From: Candidatus Melainabacteria bacterium 17Bon1m
GTDB taxonomy: Bacteria > Cyanobacteriota > Vampirovibrionia > Obscuribacterales > Obscuribacteraceae
DNA: 64,000 nt
Assembly: GCA_032128875.1 (NCBI GenBank)
Contig: JAVLKG010000004.1
Location: 1-64,000, forward strand
Direction: 5' to 3'
Shown here: positions 38,557 through 47,299 of the stretch, in pieces
How positions within the stretch are numbered: position 1 is the first letter of the stretch
Layout: each line of letters starts with the position of its first letter
Made by a program: the position numbers and the translations under genes
Notes under the pieces: generated by a model
Databases searched by the model: none
What the model saw: the letters and a program-made list of their open reading frames with translations, nothing else
Told to the model about the DNA's origin: nothing

Positions 38557-39612
38557 CTACATCGGTATGCCGTTAAGGTTATTGAAAAGGCTATAGTTTG
38601 ATGCTGTGTCGAGGACAAACCGCCCTTGAGCAAGCTGGGTCATTTTTCTCTCCATCGTGTCAAATTGATGCCCAATTCCAAACGATCCTCGGTTCCCTGT
38701 GCGAAATGGATATGGTCCGATGAGTACTTCATAACGGCAGTGTGCAAACAACGAAAGTTCAACCTTAATCTTATTCAGCTTCTCGAACACGCGCAAAAGA
38801 TGGAAGGGGATATAGTCCCTTCCTTCATATCCAGGCACTGTAAATCCATGTGGGGTAACAATGACCGGAGACTTTCCTTGAGCACGTATAGCGAAGTCCC
38901 TTATCTTGTCGAATGCTTCTTCATACAAAATGTCTCTAAATCCAGACTCTATCGCGCAGAAAGAAAAGTAATTGAAGGCGATTTTCGCTATTACTCTCTG
39001 CAAGTCGCGATCTATTCTTGAGTCGAACTCTATCTCAAGATTGCCATTGTAATTTAGTGTTTCACTATCACTTGCATTGAACTTCCTGTCGATGCCCCGC
39101 TTCCTAAGTTCACCTATGACTTCGCCGATTCCATCCTCTCCCTGTCCAAAGGCAGTAATTGAAAACTCACGTGAGCCAAGCCATTTGAACCTATTGCTAA
39201 AGCCTTTGTCATCCCTTAGTCCTTCAAGGAAAATTATTTGCTGCTTACCGTCCTTCCTTTCAAAGATAACCTGAGGAAGTAGTTGAACTTCGCCAGTGAC
39301 CGGATTCACTGTAGGAAAAACTCTTCCCAGCAGCGTTTGCACGCCAGTGAGTTTATTTGTCATTTTCATGCGCGTCTTACGAAGGCAAACTGATCGATCT
39401 TGTCGGACTCGAAACAGTGCTGCGATGAATCCTTCAATGCTGTCTTCCTTGAAGACAGTCTCCAACTTGCTGAAGATTCTGTTGCAGACATCGCAAACGT
39501 CTCTAAGAATCAATGACTCCCCCGAGAACGTTCCAAGAAACTGCGGGATTACATGCTCTCTGCCGTTAAAAGGGACATCTGTTTTTAAACAATATATGCA
39601 ACGCATAATCAA
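38557..39612 (-). CDS. HNH endonuclease-domain protein
   Basis: CIYC...EHVIPQFLG...VCDVCN; RVIAKIAFNY. Confidence 0.8.
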   Translation of the reverse strand: MIMRCIYCLKTDVPFNGREHVIPQFLGTFSGESLILRDVCDVCNRIFSKLETVFKEDSIEGFIAALFRVRQDRSVCLRKTRMKMTNKLTGVQTLLGRVFPTVNPVTGEVQLLPQVIFERKDGKQQIIFLEGLRDDKGFSNRFKWLGSREFSITAFGQGEDGIGEVIGELRKRGIDRKFNASDSETLNYNGNLEIEFDSRIDRDLQRVIAKIAFNYFSFCAIESGFRDILYEEAFDKIRDFAIRAQGKSPVIVTPHGFTVPGYEGRDYIPFHLLRVFEKLNKIKVELSLFAHCRYEVLIGPYPFRTGNRGSFGIGHQFDTMERKMTQLAQGRFVLDTASNYSLFNNLNGIPM

Positions 39613-39897
39613 GACTCGCTGCCAGAGTTGTAGCTTCTAAGCTATTTGGTATGCTCTCAAGATAACATTTCCGCATTTGCCACCGCCAGCGTGTCCAATT
39701 TTAGTGGTATCGCACTCGATATCACTTTTGCTGTGGATTGGATATCTGACGCGGATTTCTGGAAACGTATATATACGGAAGTTGGTGGCGTCACCTCTTC
39801 CAGTAGCTGTGCTTTCTAATTGATTAACCTTCACTCAATTTGACGTCAAAAAGGCCTCCATTAGGCCTCCGTGAATAAGAGCAAAGTCTGAAAACCT

Positions 39898-39969
<72 letters not shown>

Positions 39970-40069
39970 ACAGGCTATTCATTATATATGTATGTCCGCA
40001 GAACGAGAACTGACGGCAGCCGGATTTGTAACGCCCGGTTGGCCTGGAAAGCGGGCGCATTGCGGGTGC

Positions 40070-40940
40070 CTTAGACAGAAATATAACTAGAGATTGTCTT
40101 CTGCAAACTGTTTTGATCTCTTGGTAACCGGGTATAAAGTCTAAGCATAATAAGGTTGGAATTTACCGCGAGCGTCAGCAAGTGGTAACCGACCGCCTCA
40201 AATCCAGAAAGCTGGGGCCGGACTGCGAAGGCTTGCTGATGGGACGAGGGAGCAGATGTAGCGTTTAGTCGTTGCGTCGAGCTCTTGTATCCGTGGCAAA
40301 AAGCAGCGATGCGGATTGAGAACGAAGTATATGCAATTGATATTGCGTGTATCTCTTTCTTGTCTTGCGCGTCCGACGGGGCTTTGAATCCCCTGATAAC
40401 ATCAGGGTTTTCAGAACCTGTGCAGCACTCCAGCTCTTGAATTGGCCGAGCGCACTTCCTAGTCAAGTGCGTGTCCTTCGGCTGGCCATCAGCATCCTAC
40501 GTGTCTATGCGTAGGATGCTTTGTGGTGTATATAATTTATCGGCAATGCATATACAATCGCTAGATCCGCGTGTTGAGCCAGTTTTCATGGCTTGTTCAA
40601 ACGATCGGATCGATCATGTGATCGCAGTTTTTCAATACCAGCTTAGCGCTGCGCCTTCGGAAAACCGCATGATTAAAAGAAAAACGGGGTACTTCACACC
40701 GTTGGATGTGCTTGGTATATTGAAAGAGTAAACGGTGAGCGGTTAAGCGAAGTAACCGCTTTGAGCCGAGGGACACTACGGAAACGGCAGATCGGCGCCG
40801 ATCGGAAACGACAGTAGGTGGTTCGCCCCGAGTGAAGGACTGACTGAATCTCGAGGAAATACTGAGCCCACAGCAATGGGCAGTCAGGCAGTAGCTTAAA
40901 CATCGCAGCGGAGCAATCCTTGCGATGTTTTTGTTTTTGC
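40070..40940 (+). ncRNA. Large highly structured ncRNA candidate (GOLLD/ROOL-like size and context)
   Basis: No credible ORF; more than 12 helices with G-U pairs and GAAA/GCAA loops; ends in a hairpin plus U-tract; boundaries approximate. Confidence 0.65.
40898..40938 (+). terminator. Intrinsic terminator-like hairpin
   Basis: AAACATCGCA...TGCGATGTTT followed by TTGTTTTT. Confidence 0.6.
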
Positions 40941-40983
40941 AGGTTTTTCGAAAAGGTTGTGTGTAACACGCCCAAAGAAACAC

Positions 40984-41011
40984 GGTCGACGCATGGCGTC
41001 GACCCTACAAT
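40984..41011. repeat. GTAG-type REP palindrome
   Basis: GGTCGACGCATGGCGTCGACCCTACA; related copies at about 42025, 44257 and 63338. Confidence 0.75.
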
Positions 41012-41546
41012 AGAGACGTGCAAACCTCGCAGCGCCACTGAATATGGTGGCACGGTGAAAACACGTCAAAAAATGACCGGCATATACTTTGGCCGCATCA
41101 AGGCTTGTCGAATATTCGTATATATCTAGATTCGAACTTGTGAATGTTCAAACTTTTCAAAGTTCAAATTTTCCACAAGTTCTATAGATAAACAGTCGAA
41201 TTCTTTAGACTTTTGCTATCTTGAGCGAGCCTGAAAGTGGCTGCCAGTCAAAGACTTAGTTAATTTCATTAATACGAATGAAAAATCCAAACATATTTAC
41301 TCTTATGCCATCAAGGCATCTTTTGATTTCTGATCTTTTATAGATCGAGTATATGTTCGGATCCAGCCAATGTCAAGGAAATCAGACGCCGCGAAAACGC
41401 ATCGTTTCAATGTGTTTTTCGCAGTCAAATCTCATGCACGCGAGCCGGTTTCCTAGTACTTTTTCTCTGTGCACACACTACGTGTGAATTTTTCCAGGAC
41501 TCAGTTGCTGCGCGTATCTGAGTGATATTTGTTGGGAGTGCAAAGC

Positions 41547-42017
41547 ATGAACGTTACTTTGAAAGTGAAGCGTCTTCCTCACTGCAAAAATTTGCCCGCC
41601 TACGCGACAAGCGGTTCTGCTGGTATGGATTTGACTGCGGCCATCGAACAACCGGTAACAGTCGAGCCCAACAAGCGCGCGCAAATTCCAACTGGCATTC
41701 AAGTCGAGATTCCCGAAGGTTTTGAAGGGCAAGTGCGTCCCCGCTCCGGATTGGCTCACAAAGCCGGTATCAGCCTGACCAATTGTGTCGGAACCATCGA
41801 CAGCGATTATCGCGGCGAAGTCTGCGTGCTCATCATCAATCATGGCGAGCAAGCTTACACTTTCCAGCCCGGTGAAAAGATCGCGCAATTGCTCATCACG
41901 CCTGTTCCGCGCGTTGAGATTGTGGAAGTGGAAGAGCTTGCCGCGAGCCACGAACGCGGTGAGGGTGGCTTCGGATCTACGGGAAAGTTGATTCAAGCCG
42001 CAGGAGCTAGGGCTTAG
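41547..42017 (+). CDS. dut: dUTPase
   Basis: GSAGMDL, QVRPRSG, GTIDSDYRGE, RGEGGFGSTG. Confidence 0.97.
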   Translation: MNVTLKVKRLPHCKNLPAYATSGSAGMDLTAAIEQPVTVEPNKRAQIPTGIQVEIPEGFEGQVRPRSGLAHKAGISLTNCVGTIDSDYRGEVCVLIINHGEQAYTFQPGEKIAQLLITPVPRVEIVEVEELAASHERGEGGFGSTGKLIQAAGARA

Positions 42018-42228
42018 ATACCGGGCGACGCATGGCGTCGACGCATCAACTCAATCAAGACGTCGCTAGAGTCTAAAACAGCGCCTGCTGACACTGAAGA
42101 ATTGAACGTAACAAAGGGCTCGGGATAACCGAGTCCTTACGTTATATGGGGGATCTTGAAGGCTCTGGCCAGGTAAAATACCCCTTAACTCGTGTTTATT
42201 TCCTCCCGAAATGCCTGTATTTGGAGGC

Positions 42229-43080
42229 ATGGTGACTTCATCAGCCACATCAAAACCCATTAAAGTCGCGGTAGCCGGCATCAGCGGGCGCATGGGAAAA
42301 GCCTTTGTTCAGGCGTTTTTCAATGATCCCGTCATCAAAATCGTTGGAGCCTGGGGGCGCGAAAACGCCGAATATGTCGGACTTGACATAGGACAGGTCG
42401 CGGAAGTAGCCGGAGGGGCACGGACTGGTATACTTGTCAGCAGTGGATTTATCGAGTGTACAGCCGCCTGCTCGCCAGATGTCATTCTGGACGTAACCCA
42501 GGCGGAAGCAGCCTGGAGGACGGCAACATCCGCCATCGGCAAAGGCATTCGCCCTGTCATCGGTACTTCCGGACTGAGCCAAACGCATCTCAAGGAGCTT
42601 GCTAGCCTGGCTGAGAAGAACAGTGTTGGAGCAATGGTAGTGCCGAATTTTTCAGTCGGTGCTGTTTTGATGATGGAATTTGCGCGTCAGGCAGGGCGTT
42701 TCATTCCCAACGTTGAAATCGTCGAAATGCATCACACTCAGAAGATCGACGCTCCATCGGGCACAGCGATGCACACAGCTAATAAGCTCGCCGACAGTCG
42801 CAGTCATTACAACGCCAAGCGCGTGGAAGAGAAGGAGTTGATGCCGAGCGCTAGAGGCGCCGTTCATGCAAGCGGTGTGCGAGTGCATTCGCTGCGTTTG
42901 CCGGGCATGATCTCGCACCAGGAGGTTTTATTCGGATCGGAGGGAGAGTTGCTCTCAATCCGGCATGACAGCTTTAATACCAAGTGTTTCATCGAGGGTG
43001 AACGCATGGCTATTCAGCATGTTATGACACAAAACAAGCTCGTTGTCGGGCTTGATCAGATTTTATTTGGAAACGCATAG
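42229..43080 (+). CDS. dapB: 4-hydroxy-tetrahydrodipicolinate reductase
   Basis: GISGRMG, VIGTSG, EMHHTQKIDAPSGTA. Confidence 0.96.
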   Translation: MVTSSATSKPIKVAVAGISGRMGKAFVQAFFNDPVIKIVGAWGRENAEYVGLDIGQVAEVAGGARTGILVSSGFIECTAACSPDVILDVTQAEAAWRTATSAIGKGIRPVIGTSGLSQTHLKELASLAEKNSVGAMVVPNFSVGAVLMMEFARQAGRFIPNVEIVEMHHTQKIDAPSGTAMHTANKLADSRSHYNAKRVEEKELMPSARGAVHASGVRVHSLRLPGMISHQEVLFGSEGELLSIRHDSFNTKCFIEGERMAIQHVMTQNKLVVGLDQILFGNA

Positions 43081-43103
43081 TACAGACGGAGGTTAGAGGA
43101 GAA

Positions 43104-44150
43104 ATGGCAGGCAATTCGAAGCGACCAGTGAATGTTGCGATTCTAGGAGCTACCGGACGTGTAGGTACCGAGCTGCTCAAGGTTTTGGAAGAACGCAAAT
43201 TCCCAATCGGTGAGCTCAAACTTCTTGCCAGCGCCCGCTCTAAAGACATGACCATCGAGTTCTGCGGCAAGCAGTACCCGATTATCGAACCGTCCGCCGA
43301 AGCATTCAAAGGCGTGGATATTGTTCTGGCATCAGCAGGTGCAGATCGCAGCCTCGAGTTTGCACCACTGGCAGTGCAAGCGGGCGCCGTCGTAATTGAT
43401 AACACCAGCGCCTACCGCATGGAAAAGGATGTTCCGCTGGTAGTGCCGGAAGTTAACGGCGAAGCCATCAAGGGTCACAAAGGGATCATCGCCAACCCCA
43501 ATTGCTCGACGGCACAGCTAGTTCCTGTGCTCAAAGTTCTCCACGAAATTGGTGGCTTGAAGCGCGTTATCGTATCCACCTACCAGTCCGTTAGCGGTGC
43601 CGGGAAGGAGGCGATGGACGAACTCCAAGCGCAGACGATGGCAATCGTCAACAACGAAGAGTATCCGCCGCAAGTTTTGCAAAAGCAAATCGCATTCAAC
43701 TTGATACCGCATATCGATAAATTCCTCGATAACGGCTATACAAAAGAAGAGTGGAAGGTGATTGAAGAAACCCGCAAGATTTTGAGCTTGCCGGATTTGC
43801 CTGTCACTTGCACCGCGGTTCGCGTGCCGGTCGCCATCAGCCACAGTGAAGCTGTAACGGTCGATCTCGAAAGAGAAGTAAGCCCCGCTCAAGCGCGCGA
43901 GGCTCTGGCTAACGAGCCGATTATCGAGGTTTGGGACGATCCTTCGAAGAACATCTACCCGACGCCGCTCGATGCAGCAGGACAAGATCCTGTATATGTC
44001 GGTCGTATTCGCCGCGATGCTTCGACGGAGAAAGGTCTCAGCTTGTGGGTTGTCGCCGACAACCTGCGCATCGGTGCCGCGCTCAATGCTGTTCGTATCG
44101 CAGAGTATTTGGTAGAGCACAACCTGCTCAAACAAGCAGTAGCAAGCTAA
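43104..44150 (+). CDS. asd: Aspartate-semialdehyde dehydrogenase
   Basis: GATGRVG, IIANPNCST, STYQSVSGAG, DNLRIGAALNA. Confidence 0.97.
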   Translation: MAGNSKRPVNVAILGATGRVGTELLKVLEERKFPIGELKLLASARSKDMTIEFCGKQYPIIEPSAEAFKGVDIVLASAGADRSLEFAPLAVQAGAVVIDNTSAYRMEKDVPLVVPEVNGEAIKGHKGIIANPNCSTAQLVPVLKVLHEIGGLKRVIVSTYQSVSGAGKEAMDELQAQTMAIVNNEEYPPQVLQKQIAFNLIPHIDKFLDNGYTKEEWKVIEETRKILSLPDLPVTCTAVRVPVAISHSEAVTVDLEREVSPAQAREALANEPIIEVWDDPSKNIYPTPLDAAGQDPVYVGRIRRDASTEKGLSLWVVADNLRIGAALNAVRIAEYLVEHNLLKQAVAS

Positions 44151-44154
44151 GTTA

Positions 44155-44285
44155 TCGCCGGGCGGCATATATGTCGCCCCTACTCAGGAGATGGGCTAGT
44201 CACCCGCAATTCGACAAGTGAGAAGCGTAGTGGCGATGCCATGCATCGCCCGCTAATGTAGGGTCGACGCCATGCGTCGACCGAA
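44155..44285. repeat. Cluster of REP palindromes
   Basis: GGGCGGCATATATGTCGCCCCTAC; GGCGATGCCATGCATCGCC; GTAGGGTCGACGCCATGCGTCGACC. Confidence 0.75.
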
Positions 44286-44326
44286 GCCGGCGAGCCGCCG
44301 GCGCTCCCAGGGAAAAGGAGAGGAAA

Positions 44327-45238
44327 GTGATAGGCACAGACGCACCACTGTTCGGCAGAGTCATCACCGCGATGGTAACGCCCTTTGACGATTCTGACAA
44401 AATCGATTTCAAAGCAGTTGAGAAGCTGGTCAATCACCTGATCCAAACTGGCACCAGTTCAATCGTCGTGTCGGGCACCACGGGTGAAAGTCCGACACTC
44501 GACACGCACGAAAAGAAAGACCTTCTGAAGGCTGTTCTCGAAGTTTCAGGCAGCCGCGCTAAGGTCATCATGGGTAGTGGCTCCAATGACACGCGCAAGT
44601 CTGTGGAGGCGTCGCAAGAAGCTGAAAAGCTCGGCGCACAAGGTTTGCTCGTGGTGGCACCTTATTACAACAAACCGAGCCAAGCCGGTTTGCTCGCACA
44701 CTTCGGCGAAGTTGCTAACAACACTAGTCTGCCGATTTTGGTGTACAACATTCCGGGACGCACAGGTATAAACATCACCAGCGAGACAATGATCAAGCTC
44801 GCCGACAAGCACAAAAACATCCACGCTTTGAAAGACTCCACAGGCAGTGTCGATCAATCGGGCGAGATCGCTGGCGATGCGCGCAAGGATTTCCGCATTT
44901 ATTCCGGCGATGATTACCTGACTTTGCCTTTCCTCTCGGTCGGAGCTGCTGGTGTGGTGAGTGTTGCCAGTCATGTGGTCGGCAATCCGATCAAAGAAAT
45001 GTGCGATGCGTTTTTCGATGGCAAGCTAGATAAAGCTCGTGAGTTGCATTACAAGTATTTGCCGCTTTTCAAAGGTTTGTTCGCCGCACCCAACCCAACT
45101 TGCGTCAAATACGCGCTTAGCAAAATGGGTATTTGCAAGGAAAACTTGCGATTGCCGCTAGTTCCGCTCGATGCTCAACAAAAGGCTGTGCTCGACAAAC
45201 TCTTGGAACAGTCGGCGCCTTCTGCGTCTCCTGTATAG
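44327..45238 (+). CDS. dapA: 4-hydroxy-tetrahydrodipicolinate synthase
   Basis: GTTGES, PYYNKP, YNIPGRTG, ALKDS. Confidence 0.97.
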   Translation: MIGTDAPLFGRVITAMVTPFDDSDKIDFKAVEKLVNHLIQTGTSSIVVSGTTGESPTLDTHEKKDLLKAVLEVSGSRAKVIMGSGSNDTRKSVEASQEAEKLGAQGLLVVAPYYNKPSQAGLLAHFGEVANNTSLPILVYNIPGRTGINITSETMIKLADKHKNIHALKDSTGSVDQSGEIAGDARKDFRIYSGDDYLTLPFLSVGAAGVVSVASHVVGNPIKEMCDAFFDGKLDKARELHYKYLPLFKGLFAAPNPTCVKYALSKMGICKENLRLPLVPLDAQQKAVLDKLLEQSAPSASPV

Positions 45239-45244
45239 CCTTAT

Positions 45245-45332
45245 CTAGACCGAGCTAGACCGACCTAATGCGGTCCAGACCAATACAGACCGAGATAGAC
45301 CGATGGAGACCGAGCGAGACTAATTTAGACCT
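45245..45332 (+). repeat. 10-bp-periodic AGAC array
   Basis: AGAC at 45247, 45257, 45277, 45287, 45297, 45307, 45317 and 45327. Confidence 0.8.
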
Positions 45333-45379
45333 GTCCAACGTGTCCAAACCCTAACCGAGCTTCTAAAGGTACTAATTCG

Positions 45380-47164
45380 ATGGCAAAACCGAGCGATTCT
45401 TACACCGAAGATGATGCGCCCAAGGCAAGCAAATCGAAAGTGGATACCAGCTCCAATACGATCAAGGTAATACCGCTGGGCGGGCTTGGTGAGATTGGGA
45501 AGAACACAATGGCAATAATGTGCGGCAACGACATTATGCTCGTTGACGCTGGGCTCGCTTTTCCTACTGAAGAACAGTTGGGCGTTGATCTTGTTTTGCC
45601 GGACATCACTTTTTTACGCGAAAACCAAGACAAAATTCGCGGGTTAGCCATTACCCACGGACACGAAGATCACATCGGCGGAATTCCATTTATTCTTCGC
45701 GACGTGACCATTCCTGTTATTTACGGACCGGCTCTGGCACTTGGTTTGCTTGAAGGGAAATTAAAAGAGAATGGGTTGGAAGAAACAACTGTTCTGCGCA
45801 AAGTAAAACCACGCCAGCAAGTAAAAATCGGTTGCTTCCAGGTTGAATTCATTCGCTGCACGCACTCAATTGCAGATTCGTTTAGTTTGATCATCAGAAC
45901 ACCGGTTGGAACGATCGTTCATACCGGCGATTTCAAGTTCGATTTCACTCCTGTTGATGGCGAGCAATTTGACATCGCTAGTCTTTCGCGAGCAGGAGAC
46001 GAAGGTGTTCTTCTCTTGATGAGCGACAGCACCAATACAGAGCGCGATGGATATAGCCCGTCAGAGCGTACTGTGTGGGCTAAGATCAATGAAGTCTTCT
46101 CGACTGCACCACATCGTATTATTGTCACGACATTCGCAAGCAACGTGCACCGAATTCGTCAGGTGTTGCAGGCTGCAATTAAGTACGAGCGCAAAGTCGC
46201 TATTCTTGGTCGGTCTATGCTCAATCTCGCCGGCATTGCGCGCGAACTCGGATATATGACTTTCCCGGATGGATTGCTGGTTCCTGTCGATCAGTTGAAG
46301 CAGTTGCCGCTTGATCAAGTTGTTATTCTCACAACTGGCAGTCAGGGCGAACCTCTTTCTGCGCTGAGTCGAATTGCAAACAACGAACACAAACAGATAA
46401 AAATCATTCCGGGCGATACGGTTGTAATTTCTGCAACACCAATTCCGGGCAACGAACGGTCTGTTGCAAACACCATCAATGCGCTGTTCTTGCGCGGTGC
46501 AAACGTCGTCTATGGGCGCGGTGCCGGTGTGCACGTAAGTGGACACGCTTGTCGTGAAGAACAGAAGCTGATGATCAATTTGTGCAAACCCAAATTTTTC
46601 ATGCCTCTGCATGGAGAATTTAGAATGTTGGTGCGTCACGCAGAACTCGCGGTCGAATGCAACGTAGATCCAGAAAACACTTTCGTGTTGGAAAACGGCG
46701 AAATTCTCGAAGTTTCTAAAGACAAAGCTCAGGTGACAGGCAGAGTTGATTCCGGCGTCATCTTGATTGATTCATCGCGGGCATTCGAGATTGACGAAAG
46801 CATTGTCGACCAAAGGCGTCACATTGCTGAAGATGGACTTGTGATGGTGGCAATGTCGGTTGACTCTACTTATAAGCTAGTAGCAGGACCGGATGTTTCA
46901 CTGCGCGGACTGATTCTTCCAAGAGGTTTGCCTGCTGAAGAATTTGTATTGAAAGTGCAAGAAGAATCGAAGCGCTTGCTGGAAGAAGTCGCGTCTAATC
47001 AGCAGATTCCGAAGGAAGCGATGAAACAGCAACTGGCAATGGGTCTTTCTGAATACTTCGAAGAGAACGTGAAAGCAAGTCCGCTAGTTCAGATCATTCT
47101 CAACGAAGTATCTTCCACGAAGTCACGCACGAGACAATCAACGAGCACCCGCGAAATTTCGTAG
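45380..47164 (+). CDS. rnj: Ribonuclease J
   Basis: LGGLGEIGKN, THGHEDHIG, HTGDFK, SDSTN, HVSGH. Confidence 0.97.
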   Translation: MAKPSDSYTEDDAPKASKSKVDTSSNTIKVIPLGGLGEIGKNTMAIMCGNDIMLVDAGLAFPTEEQLGVDLVLPDITFLRENQDKIRGLAITHGHEDHIGGIPFILRDVTIPVIYGPALALGLLEGKLKENGLEETTVLRKVKPRQQVKIGCFQVEFIRCTHSIADSFSLIIRTPVGTIVHTGDFKFDFTPVDGEQFDIASLSRAGDEGVLLLMSDSTNTERDGYSPSERTVWAKINEVFSTAPHRIIVTTFASNVHRIRQVLQAAIKYERKVAILGRSMLNLAGIARELGYMTFPDGLLVPVDQLKQLPLDQVVILTTGSQGEPLSALSRIANNEHKQIKIIPGDTVVISATPIPGNERSVANTINALFLRGANVVYGRGAGVHVSGHACREEQKLMINLCKPKFFMPLHGEFRMLVRHAELAVECNVDPENTFVLENGEILEVSKDKAQVTGRVDSGVILIDSSRAFEIDESIVDQRRHIAEDGLVMVAMSVDSTYKLVAGPDVSLRGLILPRGLPAEEFVLKVQEESKRLLEEVASNQQIPKEAMKQQLAMGLSEYFEENVKASPLVQIILNEVSSTKSRTRQSTSTREIS

Positions 47165-47177
47165 TATTACCTGTTTT

Positions 47178-47272
47178 TGTGGGGGCGTGTTGCACACGCC
47201 CGTTAATGTAGGGTCGTGGGGGCGTGTTGCACACGCCCAATTTTTTTAGGTCGCATGTAATGCGACCCCACG
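47178..47272. repeat. REP cluster between convergent genes
   Basis: GTGGGGGCGTGTTGCACACGCCC twice; GGTCGCATGTAATGCGACCCCAC. Confidence 0.75.
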
Positions 47273-47299
47273 CTCTGAAGACAACGCAAAGCGTCGAAA

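Larger units (their letters stand above)
27555..39897. mobile_element. tRNA-Thr-integrated genomic island (~12.3 kb)
   Basis: Flanked by the tRNA and its 3'-half repeat; integrase at one end; arm repeats AGGCCTCCATTAGGC at about 27740 and 39852. Confidence 0.88.

Noticed and set aside
27816-39897. Prophage
   Set aside because: No structural, packaging or replication genes were recognised.
40070-40940. RNase P, tmRNA or group II intron identity
   Set aside because: I could not find GAGGAAAGUCC, tmRNA tRNA-like ends or a domain V by eye; a cmscan run is still needed.
40071-41129. Short ORFs in the ORF track
   Set aside because: Overlapping, non-ATG starts, no motifs; better explained by structured RNA and REP sequence.
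41100-41480. oriC
   Set aside because: Only one DnaA-box match and no dnaA/dnaN nearby.
45245-45332. CRISPR array
   Set aside because: The period is 10 bp with a 4-5 bp constant part; no 25-40 bp repeats with spacers, and no cas genes in the window.
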